Part shown: positions 22,801 through 36,900 of the stretch, piece after piece
Numbering within the stretch: position 1 is the stretch's first letter
Layout of the letters: each line of letters opens with the position of its first letter
From: Epiperipatus broadwayi
Lineage: Eukaryota > Animalia > Onychophora
Assembly (NCBI GenBank): GCA_028023455.1
Contig: JAQFVV010000010.1
Coordinates: 15,624,001 to 15,688,000, forward strand
Direction: 5' to 3'
DNA: 64,000 nt
Translations under genes and position numbers: made by a program
The notes under the pieces: generated by a model
The model's database searches: none
What the model saw: the letters and a program-made list of their open reading frames with translations, nothing else
What the model was told of the DNA's origin: nothing

Positions 22801-25800
22801 ATACAATTAAAATTTTCTTAATGTTTGATTTTCCTATTTGGAAAAAGTCATGTAAATATCTTTTGTTTGATCAAATTTTTTAACTTTCTGATAACATGAA
22901 ATAAAGTAATTATTAAAATGTAAAAATAATAAAAAATTGCAACTAAAATTACATAAATTTGATTACTATGGACACCAAAAAAACTTGCTTACTTTTGGAT
23001 CAACCAATCATTATAATTATTTAAATTTTAACTTATTGAATATTAAGCATTTTTATTATATTGTACTAATAACTGTAAATTATAAAAAGTGAAACTCAGC
23101 AACATATAGTAAGCAGTGCTATTTTTAATATAAATGACCATTGTGCAAGATGTATGGTAAATCATTTAAGCATATTCAGATTATTTCATAGCATTTCAAG
23201 GCAAATTATTAATCATTCTAAGAATTTTTTCTTTATGTTGATGAACTAGAGAAATCTCATTTTCAGTCTCCACCCCAAGAAACACTTTTACATCACAAAC
23301 GTAATTCAGAAACCAGAAGAATCTTGTTTTAAGTGTAATACATTAGTTGTCATACTTAAAAGTAAGAAAGATTTCATAAAGCTATTTAATAAATATGTAC
23401 CTCTTATGAGCAAATTAGACACAAAAATATATATATAGAAAGGAATTTTATTTGCATTTGTCATATAAATCTATTTGATATATATAAAGCAAATGAAAGC
23501 TATAAATATACATCATAAAGCCATTAATTCTTATAATTAATAAAATATAATTACAAAGATGAAACCAATTAGTTTCTATTTTTGAAAATTATTAAATAGC
23601 TTACATAATTGCTAATTCCTAAAATACAAATAGCAAACGCAAGAATCCAATAATTAAATCTTTAGTTTCAGAGAAACTTAGTGCAATTTTACCTAATCAA
23701 TCATCGTATTTGAAAATGTGAAATATATATTTAATAAATACATAGTCATTATGATATACACGTAGATTAGAATATTTCTACATAAATAACAATTTCTTGT
23801 GTAAATATATGAAGAAAAAAATGTGAATGGTTTGTATTGTTGGAATGTTTTAATGATATAATCTTTTTACAAGAATCTGCAGATTTTTGAATTACGGGTG
23901 TTGTTAAGGGTTCTTTGAAAATGGTTTGTGCCTTTTCCAAGTCCTTTAAATATATATTTAGTTATTAAATGTTTTATTCCATTTTGGCAGTTTATTGCTA
24001 GTGACTTTCTATGTCTTCGCTTAATTTTTCACTTTCCAGAAATATTGTACCATTATTTTGATTTCACTGTATTATAATCATCATTATTTTTCACTTTTAT
24101 TGGTTTGAAAAAGTAATTGTTTCAATATTTTATTTAAAATTTTTGATGATTTCATAATTGTCTTGAACAAAGTTTTTAAAGAAAATGTAGCAAATTGACA
24201 TATTTAATGACATATTTTCAAAAATCAAAATTTGAGAAAATGGTCTTGTAATTTATCATGATTTTTAAATGTGCAGATAAGATTTTTGACTTTCAAATAT
24301 TGGGGTATACAATATTCTATGGAATGTTGTAATAGCTTAAAATGTTAATTGTCTATTGATATCTTTGATGATTTTATTCAATGAATCACCATTTAACAGT
24401 TATAATAAAATTTGGATTACAATAATTCATATGCTTATATTTATTGAATCAACAATAACTGGGATATAATATTTAGAAATGTTAATAATTTGATTCAAAC
24501 TATAAATGATGAATACTAAAGGAAATATAAAGTTTGCATTATGAAATACATCACTATATTATCTCTGTTGATTAAATAGAGCATAAAAGAGCCAAAGATC
24601 ATTATTTATGAAAGTTTGCTATTCATAAGATGAATGTACACCAAAAATGTATTTATTTCAACATGTTACAGTTTGAATGGAAATCAATGCAGCTATTATC
24701 TTCTATAACACCACACAGATGGATTGTGCCCAATGATACATGCCAGTTGAGGTTTGCTTTTCTGAACAAGTTTTATAATTGTATGTATAAATAGCATTAA
24801 AATATTTTTGAGACATCGTTAGTTTCTCTACCAAGCCCTTTTATCACATTAAATGTAAATATTTTATCAATAATTATTAAAAATGATTAATGGTATTTCA
24901 CTTGATTATATTTTTAATAAATAAGTGACAATTTTGTAAATTATTTCGTAACAGAATTAATATATCATAAATTAATTCATTATTTTTTATAAAGAAGACC
25001 TTGAAAGTGATTTGAACTTAAGGACATAGTAGCCCCAAAATACTACAGAAATATAAATTTGTACATAATAAATAGAAAAATACTTAAATAAAGTTTTGGC
25101 CACAGTTAAACTGGAGTGATTCTGTTTTCTGGAGGAATTACTTTTGTTTTTTGCCAGAAGAAATTGTTAAGAAGCAAGACAGCAATGTTCTTTAATCAAA
25201 CCACTTATATAAAGTATTTGTTTCCTATTGGGGGTCAGTTAACATTATTACAAATATTAAAGAAATAACAATCAATAGTAAACCATCACTAATGAGAATC
25301 TAAAGGATTGCAAAACGAGTTTGTGCAATAGATGTTTGTTTGTTTTTTTAAATAGATTTGATCAAATTATAAGTAACCTATATTTAACTTCAAAGCATAT
25401 GGGTTAATGTAAGCACATATGTAAACCCAATGATTCCCAGAGATAAACTTTCAAAATAGATCAAATTTAACATTAAGTTTTAGCAACAAAATCAGATCAT
25501 AAACAATGGCCAATCCAAGCCTTAAAACTCGTCAATTTCTTGATAAGCATTTTTCTGGTTATTAGCCACTCCAGATAAATTTCAGAATCTTAAAAAGTAG
25601 ATCTAACCAAGTATTTTAAATTAGTTCATCAAGCTCTTGATGTAAATATAAAAAAAAAAAGAACAATATAATATCATAAGTAGCAGGTAATAATTGCCTG
25701 CACAATACAATATAAAAAGAACAATGAAATAGGGCTCCACAAGACAAGAGTTTTAATGCTTGATCAACTATTATTTTATAATCTGGTTTCTTTGATAAAG

Positions 25801-28800
25801 CTTACTATCTATGAATCATGTTTATAAATTTTTGGATGAAATCAATAAATTTTTATTGTAATTTGATTTGCAAATATCACAATTACTAATATATTAGAAT
25901 AAAATCAAAAATGTGTGTTGAAATGGAAGTTTTAAGTATATCTAAAAACAAATTTATTTTGTGATTCGATTATTGTACTTCCTATACAATTATATCATCC
26001 ACTGTAATTTGCTGATCAATGCACTTTGAATATCCAGATCATCCTAGTGTAATACGTCTAGCTATGCTTTTTATATTTAAACTCTTAAATTATTCATACT
26101 GTCTATTAATTCTCAGTCATAACAAAGCATTTCAAATTTCATTTAGGAAGTGGCTAATCATTGTTTTATAATTCCATTTTCTTGATAAAATTTAGTGTTA
26201 AATATATATGTATGTATAAATGATTTTGTGTTATTGTTATATAATTTTTATTTATATTATGTTTGCATTTCATTCACTCATAAACAAATATGGCCTTTTA
26301 AATCCAGAAAAAAAAGGTTAAAGATGAGGTTTGTGATGAACAAAACGTAATACGTCCTTTTATAATACATTGTCTTTTAATTTGCTTCTACAGTAAATAT
26401 ATTTAAAACATTCTGTAGAGTCATCCTTTGAATTGACTAAAATTGTACAATCTTTAGTATTTTATACATTTAATAACCAAGAAGATAAAGTTCTTGTTTT
26501 TGCTTCATGAAGAAGGCATAAAGCCCACATTCTTAAAAAAAAAAAATTTGAAGCTTGTATATATCGCTGATTAAGATCAAATTAAAATCTTAGATTTTCT
26601 ACCATCAGTAATGACACATTTTCAATACATGTAGCAGTTGTATATATGAATAAATCTTCATGGCAAACCAACAGTTTCAAACATTTCCACAAATCTTCAT
26701 GTTTAATCAAATTGATAAAAACAATATGTATAAATCATCTTTATTTTCAATGCTTCTTTTACATTTGCCTGGCAACAAAAACCACACAGTAGTTTTTGAT
26801 TACAAAACAACGCTACGGTAAATCTTTATCTATAACTGGAAACACTACATTTAATAAAATATTTAGATATTACCTTTGTAGTGTTAGATAACTGACTGAT
26901 ATTCCATGATAATTACTATTCTTTTAAACTGCAGCCTTTTCCCTTCTGAATTTGCAAATAATTTTTTACCTCATTAACTATAATGATCTGAATTCTTAAA
27001 CCCAATATTCAAAAATATTAAAATTCTCCCAAATATCAAGATATTATATAAAAGTATCATACACTGATTTATTAATCAAAACTAGTAACATAAATCTTCA
27101 CATTTAATGATTAAATGCCTTGATCAAATTACTAAAAGCAATATGTACAGTATATGCAATTTTTATTTCCAAAGTTTCTTTTCATTTACCAGGCAACAAA
27201 AACCATATTTACAGTATTTTTTTGATTCTATAAATCACACTACAATTTAATAAGATAATGATATTTTTCATGTGTATGTCACTTAATCCGTAAAAAAAAT
27301 ATCTTTGAAGTTTTAATCCAGCAATCAGTCACTGAACTTCTTTTAAATCCCTATATTGATTATAAAGCTCCATATTCATTTATAATTCACTAAACATTAA
27401 ATGTCTTTTTTTTTTAAATTAAGCTACTAATAATACAACTATTGTCAGATAATTACAATTTTTCTTTTTTAATGAACCTAAGAACAAATATCCCCTAGCC
27501 ACAATACATTCTTTAAGAGAATTCTATAACTCGTGTCATCAATTGGAAAATCAATTGTTAGGGATATATCTACTTTTATAATCCTATTATATTTTAATCT
27601 CTGAGTATATTAATCTATGATATGACAAACAATGTGCACCTATAAATGCCCATGTATTGATTTTTTTAATATTATGAGTCTTAATTATAATGTAATCCAT
27701 AAAATACTATTATTTTGTTTATGTATGTATCAAAGTTACTTTGTGAGATTTTTCTTGATAATTAATCCACATATTTTAAAAATTCAATAACAATGGGCTA
27801 TTTAAGTTCATGTAGTATATCATATGCCATAATTTATTGTTCCTATCAACATAGAAATTAAAATTTGAGAAATATTTGATGTTTTACGAGTATCAATGGA
27901 ATAACATTGTCTAATAAGTGATAAAAGCAATTTTTTTCTTTTAACTTTCCAAATATAATGAACCATAAACAGTTAAAAAAGATATTGTTCTATTGTATAA
28001 GTTAATTTTTAAAATCATTAGCTTTTCAGTGATACATCTATAAATTCCAAGAGAAGAAGATACTAATTTAGACTACTTCAAATACATAATCTTTCAACTA
28101 CTTTTCAAAAAGAAATTCAGCCACCTGCTCTTCAAATAAATATCTACAAAGCTATATTTATCTCAAACAAATATAATTCAACTCTTGAACATTTCACATC
28201 AAGTAAAATTCATACACTCCATCTATTTTATCTTTATTACGTACATTTTTTTGCATCACTTAAATGAACAATCCACCAGGCATAGCAATTTAATTTACTT
28301 TTGTAATGCAGGCTATTTTTTATCTTTTCCATTCACATTTGTGAGAGAAATATGGTTCCCTCAATAGGATTTGCCAAAGAAACATTTGTTGAGTGAAATT
28401 CCAAAATTCAGTTTTAAATAATTCAGTATTGATTATATTGCCTCTTGCAAGATTACAATTGAGGTTTTCCAGTCTGTCAAATGTAATTTCAGAATATGTT
28501 TTTCCATACTTGCATTAAAATAGGTGGAATCAAATTAAAGATAAATATGGTTGCACGAAAATGCGATTCCATTGTAACAATAACTACAGAGAAATGACAT
28601 GAGTTTATGACGACCAGATATCTATATTAAGATAAACAGGAAAATTGGATAAAAAATTTGACAGAAACTGAGAAAAGACTGCCCATAGCAGAAACTACTC
28701 AGCCTTTATTGCCATCATATGCTTGGTTGGGTGCAACTTATTGATTATTTGTAGTTAATTCTAGGATATGATTATCATCAAAAGCTACATACTGATTCTT

Positions 28801-29042
28801 CTATGAGTTAACTCTCATATCTGATGATTATTCTAATATCCACCAACTGCGAATAGAAGAATTAGTAGTCCAAGTTCAGTACTTATTATTTGGATTTATA
28901 ATTATGTGTATTAAAATCATTGCTTATTAAAATTTCACGAACTATCAAATATATTCAAGTTTCAAAAAGAATATTATGAATTTACATTTTAAAATTAAAA
29001 TTATTAAATAAAAAGATATTAGCATTTTTTTAAAAAAACCCA

Positions 29043-29048
29043 TTTATT
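29043..29048 (-). terminator. Candidate polyadenylation signal for ADCK1
   Basis: AATAAA on the minus strand about 85 nt after the stop codon; AT-rich context. Confidence 0.25.
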
Positions 29049-29130
29049 TAATATATATAAAATAATAGCATATACATTTCAATTTTTAATGATGTTACTT
29101 TTTCCAAATGTGATTATAAATGAGTTAAAA

Positions 29131-29499
29131 TCATTTGCTACTCCTTGCAAAGGCAACTGTTGTTAAGAACTTATCAGTTATATACATCCTTGAATTATTA
29201 ATCCGTAATAAAACTTCGTATATATTTATACGCCATAAAGTTAAAATTGTTTTGAAATAAATTTGGACACGACAAAACCAAGATTGACAGTCCTTAATGT
29301 TTTGGGCATACACAGCTCGAGTGCAACATCGTGACATGGTAATAAAAGAACTAGCATTAGCTTGATTTTTCAAAACAAATTCAATACTTCGTAAAAGATC
29401 GTTGGTTTTAAAAATTAATAGCATCTCTCTGGGAACTCTATTTAAGATATTGGAAATATCTTGCAAGAAATTAGCAGCATTCGTTTTAACTTCATTTCT
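29131..29499 (-). CDS. ADCK1: ADCK1 terminal coding exon (122 aa + stop)
   Basis: Acceptor TTTAAACAG|AGA. Translates as RNEVKTNAANFLQDISNILNRVPREMLLIFKTNDLLRSIE...SFITMSRCC, the conserved ADCK1 C-terminal motif. TGA at 29133-29131. Confidence 0.93.
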   Translation of the reverse strand, partial: RNEVKTNAANFLQDISNILNRVPREMLLIFKTNDLLRSIEFVLKNQANASSFITMSRCCTRAVYAQNIKDCQSWFCRVQIYFKTILTLWRINIYEVLLRINNSRMYITDKFLTTVAFARSSK

Positions 29500-29749
29500 C
29501 TGTTTAAAAAAAAAAAAAATTAAATTTTATATACATAAATATAATATTTAAATTTTATAAATGCATTAATAATAAATATTTAAGCTCAATATTTGCAATA
29601 AAAAAGAATTTAAATATCTGTTTTATTGTTCTGCCATTTAACCTTTTAAATTTCATTCTCGTCAACTTAGAGTTATACTTTTTAAATATAATTTTACTAA
29701 GTAAATTTCTTATCTTTCAAGTAATTAAAAAATTTAGTAAATGTATAAT

Positions 29750-30350
29750 AAGGCTATAATCTTCGTATATGCACCTTGCTCCCAAATCAAAATGCTTTAG
29801 ATTTGCCTATATATTTAGAAAAATAGGTTGAAGATAAGAGTCCGCTCTTATTTTTATAAAGTCAAATCTTGTATTTAGATTTGTAGAGGTCTCTCTTGTA
29901 ATAAATTAAGCACTCAAGGTGCATGTACTAAGGTTATAGCTTTATTTAAATATTACGCACTGACATTGCGCTTAATAAAAATTAATATTTGCAACTTTAA
30001 ATTGAGTCAAAATATTTCTAAATTTAAGATCTGACTATTAACTCATTGTAAATCAAAAGATTTCGCAATCGTTAATGTTTAACAGAAATAGTGGATTTAA
30101 TCAACGAAGAATTTATTAGCTTCACGCTCCCAAAATCAAAATGCTTTAGATTTGCCTATATATTTAGAAAAATATGTTGAAGATAAGAGGCGGCTCTTAT
30201 CTTTATAAAGTCGAATCTTGCGTTTAGATTTGTAGAGGTCTCTCTTGTAATAAATTAAACACTCAAGGCACATGTACTAAGGTTATAGCCTTATTTAAGT
30301 ATTACGTGCTGATATTACGCTTAATAAAAATTAATATTTACAACTTTAAA
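29750..30350. repeat. Two ~225-bp direct repeats (period ~349) preceded by a short inverted copy; probable non-autonomous retroelement
   Basis: 29776-30000 matches 30125-30350. 29749-29779 is the reverse complement of an internal part of the unit. TAAATGTATAATAA flanks both sides (29738-29751, 30347-30360). Confidence 0.7.
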
Positions 30351-30932
30351 TGTATAATAATGATTGAGGAAGACAATACAGCACAATCAAATACATGTGT
30401 ATATATATCTGAAAAATAAAAAAAGGAAAATGAGATATTTATTTAACAAAATTATGCTATGAAGTATATTCAAAGATTTTTAAATGTTAATGGTATAAAT
30501 AAATTTTTAAGAAAACTGTGTCCCAAGTATATATTTTTCAATATCTTTAGAAAGATATTTTTGTGACTAATGTTAAAGCTATTCATATACCATTAGGGTT
30601 TTTTTCTTCAAAATTTTAAAATAATACGTTATTGATATTCTGATTTGTGGAATAAAGAAAACTATTCCATTGAATTAAAGCCCAAGTAGAATCTAAGGAT
30701 GTGATCCTTTAATTTTATCATATCTATTTGATATGTTATAAAATAAGGTTGGGCATTATAGACTGTAAGCATATAGGCTATACACAACAAAATACAATAT
30801 TCAATAAAACCTCTAATCATGAATCATCATACTATCAGGAATAAATGACAACCTTAATCTTGTCCACCCTACAAGTAACTTGCTTTTGCATACTAAGCTC
30901 AATATGTTTTCATTTGGATAGCAGACTGCATT

Positions 30933-30994
30933 TAAAATTTTCTATCTTGCTTATTAATCAGGAACTCTATTAATAAATAAGATAGAAAATTTTA
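30933..30994. repeat. 62-nt hairpin (26-bp stem, 10-nt loop)
   Basis: TAAAATTTTCTATCTTGCTTATTAAT pairs with ATTAATAAATAAGATAGAAAATTTTA with one mismatch and one wobble. Confidence 0.75.
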
Positions 30995-33900
30995 GAAATA
31001 GCTTGTTTTTTTTAATGCTTGCAGAAACTGTTATTAGTGCCATTACAGAAAAATTAAATCGCTATTTAGAATGTAAAAACTAAAGTATTTATTAATTACA
31101 ATGATAAGCATTGAAAGCATCTATCCATCTCACTATTTTAAAATCGAAATAATTTCTAATGTTAAACTCAGCCTTGCTTTTTTCAAAAAGATCATATTTT
31201 TTTAAAAAAACTAACAATTATTGTTAAGCGTGATGACTGTTATGAATACAGGTGTTGCTATATGTGATAAGGTTAGGTGTTCAATATAAATATATTGTGA
31301 CAGTGTTGCAATGAATTCCGATAAAAAAGATCGGTGATGAACATACTAGAGGCTGTACCAGTTAATAAATCTATTAGTGACATGTCTGCCTAGAATCGGT
31401 AACATTACCTGCTCATTATTCAAGTGATTACACCTATCATCACTCTATATGTGTTATTTAGTGCTGTTTAAATGACTTGAGCTTGCTGGGTTTCTCATTT
31501 GTTTCAGATTGCTACAATTAACCCGGATCCCTTCAGGCATCATCTCATTACTTTTATGAGGAATGTTCAGAAACTTAGACAAAATTCTTATTCCTTAATT
31601 CTTAAATCCCCATTTATCATCAAGCAGTCGCTTGCAGACATACTAGGGTATCTTTCTTTGTTTTGGATTGGTACAGTTGATCAGGATTCCTTCAGGTGTC
31701 ATCTCATTAGTTATCTGAGGAATATTACCTGAATCCTTATTCTTTAATTATTAACAACCCCATTTATTATCAAGAAATAGTTTGTAAATACAACTTAACT
31801 ATCAAACTTAAATCATTTATTAAATCGATGCAGTGCATTAAGGGGGCACTCCATCTTATATTTTATAATATTTCCATTGTGCTACATCTCTTGATAATTT
31901 AAAACAAATTAGGATATCACCTCACACACACCCCCTCTTGTGCCTGATTGATGTTTCAAGTAAGCGCATTTCAGAATAATAAAATGTAAAAACTTGATAA
32001 GAAAATATATATATAACGATTTATTCAGAAGATATATATAAATGAACAATCCTTTTCAAAAAACATAATAATAATAAGCATAATTAAACAAAAGAGTGAA
32101 CTTATAATTTAAGGCTTTTACGGTTATATCACATATGATATATATTAAAAGAATCTTAATAATTTTCTTATTTATGTGTTTATAATTATGTCTGTTAACA
32201 GTTAGAAATTTTTAATTTCTATTTTATTTTATTTTTTTCCTATCTCTTGGTTAAACCGCCTTCAGATTTCTCAATCAATATTTCTGGTTGGTCATTAATG
32301 GTAAACTCTATACTTTTTTCCAATCATCACTTCAGTGTTCAGGACATTAATATTGTATTTCTTTCATCACTCTCTACTTACAGGTTAGATTTTACTGCTT
32401 TATATAATTTTGGAATACATCAACTGTCAGATAAATCTCTGGACAAGGAAAAACATCTTTGATGATGATGAGCATTAATTCATTTTTTTTTAAAGCTGGA
32501 TTTGTTACTTTCCTTCTACAATGCTACATAATAGGGTAGAAGCAAACACATGTGGGATGCGAACTAGCAAGTCATATTAAAGAAGCATAAACTACTAATT
32601 TGCTTTATCATTTTGTAATTTGACAATACTGGAAGTATTCTTCAACATTTGCAAGTATAGCTTGCTGAATATAACTTCACTGCATAACGTTGTGGCTAAA
32701 TATCTGTTATTCTGTTCTACTTTCCCTTGCTTTAATTTCTTGCATTTGCCTTGCTAGATAAACATGTTTTGGTCTAAATTAATTATCTAAGACGACTTTT
32801 ATAATTTTGTCATCAGTTTTTTTTTAAAAAAAACATGTTTTAAAAGATATGTTTTATCTTATTTCAAGTTGTCTATTTTCAAAATATTTCTTGATTAATC
32901 AATTTTTTAATTATACTTTTTGTATTATTCAATTGTTGTTTTTTAAAGAAACAAATTCTTCCTTTTACAACAGATAAGAAAAACCAAAAAAAAAATTGAA
33001 TTCGTTTTTTAAAATATGCAACATCCTGGTTTAATTTGATTACACTACCTTTTAATATAACTGATTGCCATTTCATTCTTATAATAAAATTTTATTTTAT
33101 TTTTTTCAAATAGAAATAAATCAGCTAAAAGCTATATTTCCCTAGATACACTTATTCAGTTTCTTTCACTAATTCATTCCCCACCACTACCAAACCTGAA
33201 ATCAAATTCACATTTTCTCTACTTCCAGTCTTCACTCTATTTTTGTCCTGCCTTTTAATTGCAGCTACTTTCATAGTGGCTACAATATATAAAAAATATA
33301 TGATTACTGAAATATATAAATGTATCAAAACATATATCTCATATACATATTAGAAAATAAATATTATATAAGAAATATATACAATGGTTGACTAATAATT
33401 AAATAAAGAGATTAAATAAAATTGGAAATCAATTAAGAAAAAAATTTAATTAAACTGAAAGCAAAATAAGTTAAAGATGTGGAGAACAATGAAGTTAAAA
33501 TATATTTAGAAATAAATAATCTAATCACATGACTTTAGAAATCGAATTATCATTAAGGTGGATTTATAAAAATCTGATCTGATACAGTGTCTGCTATATG
33601 GAAGAAAATTACTGGCTTTTAATAAAAGACAAATATATTACAGTTAACAGATCACACAGTTCATTATATTTTTTTAAGATGAAAGTTATTGTTTATCTTT
33701 TGATTATATAATTGTTATATTAAAGTGTATTTAATCATACTGCATGTGTTTTTCTGACTCTAATTGTCAAGTATGTATATACATTTCTTGCATGTCTGGC
33801 ATCAAAGTTATTAATTGCTGTTGAAACTGAACTATTTAAATTGATAAGATAGTTCAGAAAGAAATTTATAAATTAATGTCAGCTATGATGGACAGATTTG

Positions 33901-36900
33901 ATAAGGGCAATGCAGGCAAGTGAATTCTCCAAACTCAGCAAATAGAGAAATATTTCTTAATGAATAAAATTGTTAATAATCAAATAAAATTTAACGTTAT
34001 TACTCTACTTAGACAGTCAAAAAGATCACTGAGATTAGAAATAGACTGTGATTTGATAAACCCAAAGATTATTCTTATGATCAAATTATACATCTATCAA
34101 ACTATTCAGTTCACGACTTTTGAGACAAGTCTCTAGATGTCACTAAAGAAATAATCTTTAAACTAATAAAGAAAAACGAATATTGTGTCTACGGCTCACT
34201 TCTGGAGAAGGCACTCCTGAAAAAATTTCTGTGGGAAATGTGCAGTGACGGTATGAAAGCAGTTTTAACTGACATTGATTTATGCTACAATCTAGAAAAT
34301 TCTCCCAAAAAAAAAATGAGAGAGTCATATGAATTTGAAGAAAAAGAAAATGACAAAACAGAATTGAATAATAAGGCTTATATATGTAACTGTTGATAAA
34401 TTAAGACACAAGACATGCAATTTTTAGAAGTACTGAATGCGGCAAAAATTGCAAGAGAAAGAGAAAAAAAAAAACAGCAAAGCAAAACAAAATGGCAATC
34501 ATTTGCAAACACAAACTACATATGAAGTAAAATCTAAATGCAAGCATAAACAATACTAGACTTAATGAATTCAATCACTTTAATGATCCCAATACAATTG
34601 TGTGGTAGCCCCTATATCCATGGAAGTAGTGGAACTAACATGTCCCTAATCACAAATTAAGACTGAATCTTCTTTATAATTCATAATAAAAAACATCAAA
34701 TGTAATTTAAAATCATTAGACATAAATAGCGATGTGATTAAAGTAAAAGTAATGAAAAGTTCCTATTAGAATAGAAGTAGGTAAAATGTACATCCTAATT
34801 CTATTTATCATATATACAAATATAAACATATTAATCAGACAAAAATAGTTTAGTGTTGAATTTAGAACTAAATTAAACATACAAATATATATTTAAATGC
34901 TAGAGAAATAAATTCCTAGGCTACATTATTTTAAACACGAAAAAGTATCCATTCCTTGAAAAAACGAAAGCTGTATCAGATGCCCCACAGCTAAAAATCA
35001 TAAAACAGTTACAAGATTTTCTGATCCTTATATTTTGTAAATTTTATTTAAAAAAAAAAGGTTTATGTAACTCAATGTTTGTATGAGCTTTTTGGGGGAA
35101 AAAAAGGCACAGGAATGAATAATTTGGAAATTATGTTTGAAATGGGAATAGTTCATCCTATTAAATAATTAATCATACAATATTCTAGTCATTTTTGAAA
35201 CAATATGATTTATTTATCATCCTGTTTCACTTACTATATTCCATAGTAGTATATTTTCTCTGATTTAAACCCATCCAAGTCCACGTATATTAGTTAATTT
35301 AATACTAAAATATTTATAATAGCATATATTTACATGTATTTGTATCTGCGCACATCTAAAAGTCATATGTTAATGTCTGTATGTGTATAATGTATAAGCG
35401 GTTATAATTTTAAAATGATTAAATTAATAAAATTAAAATAAGTTGTGAACATTGTTTTATATGTGGTAGCAAACCTATGTATATATGCGAAGGGAACTGT
35501 AATGTGATAGATTTAGTAAATATTACAGATTTTCTAAATTATATTTCTAAATTATTCTTTTAAGTTATTTAATTTACAGATTTGTTAATATTCGCATATA
35601 ATTCTTAAATTCAGGGGTGTCTGTCTTATGCATATGCTAGAATGTTGACAGCTTAAATCTCTTTTTAAAAAAAGGAATCAAAGATTATAGAATTCTCAGA
35701 AATATTACTTCTCATTAATTAAATAATAAACTGGGAACCAAAATTTTAACGACGTTTTAAAAATAATATTAAAAACAAAGACAAAATCATTAACTCAGTC
35801 CTCCTTGTCAATAACTACAGCTGGATTTTTTGTCTTTGCTAAAATTAATGTGCGCCATTAAAATTTGAAACTAAAGATTGTAAAATTGAAAATTAAAAGT
35901 TGTAAACAACTTTTAATGGCTTGTGAGGGGATAAAAAAGATGTTCTATAAAAAATCCAGTTTTAATTCAAAATTAGCTAACTCTTAATTGTGATCAATAC
36001 AGTCAGGCGCTACGCTACAAACCCGAGGCTAGAAGGCCTATCATGCCTTCTTTCTCGCAAAGAAAATTGGTCTAGGAGATGGAGGGAGTTCAAAACAGCA
36101 GCCTACCAAGAAGCCACTCAGAGTGAAGCAGTCCATCGGTGAATATTAATGCCTCATCATGCCAGCCACCTCAACAAAAAAGATGATCGGTAACTAATCT
36201 TCCACAGAGCTCTTAAACTAAGTTTTAATAAATCATTTCTATAATTTTCTAAAGCTAGCTATACTATAAATGTGCACAAACTATAAAACTAAAATTATTA
36301 TTAATAATTAAAACTCTGTAATGAATTTGTACTTACTGATTTAAATATCTTAATGTACCTTCATTTAAAATAATAATGTAAAATCTTGCCTAATTAAAAG
36401 TTAACTAATAATCTTTCCATTAATCATAACTATTTTAGTTATTATTCTTAATCTATCCAATCTGCAGATAGGCCTTCATTACTTTGTTTATTTGATATTT
36501 CATTAATTTTTCTATGCCATCCTTCAGAGCAGAGATTATTAAATATTATAACAGTAGAGAGATAATTTGACTTTCTCATATAATCTTAAATTACTTTTTA
36601 GCACATAAATAAATCTCCGGTCTGAAAACTACTTTTATATATGTTGAGCTACAATGTTTTATCTTCGTATAATTCAGGTTTGCATGTTAAATGATTGCAT
36701 TTAGTTAAATAATAGCAAGAATGATATTTTGAAGCATATTATAAGTAACTAGATAAGTCCTAAATATGCTTATTCCTCCTTAGTTTATAATATTATTATA
36801 AACTATATACATTTAGCTGTAAACTAGATCATTTAATTAACCCCTTTTAGCATGTTTAAGTATGCTAATTTATGAAAGGGCGTACAGTAGTTTCGCATAT

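Noticed and set aside
28665-28705. HHR-like CTGAGAA...GAAAC-TA-CTC
   Set aside because: C3-A8 mismatch, poor stem II and no stem I.
31525-31780. ~160-nt direct repeats with TGAGGA...GAAAC as tandem HHRs or a CRISPR-like array
   Set aside because: No stem II or UH site. Only two divergent units in eukaryotic intron DNA, with no repeat-spacer pattern.
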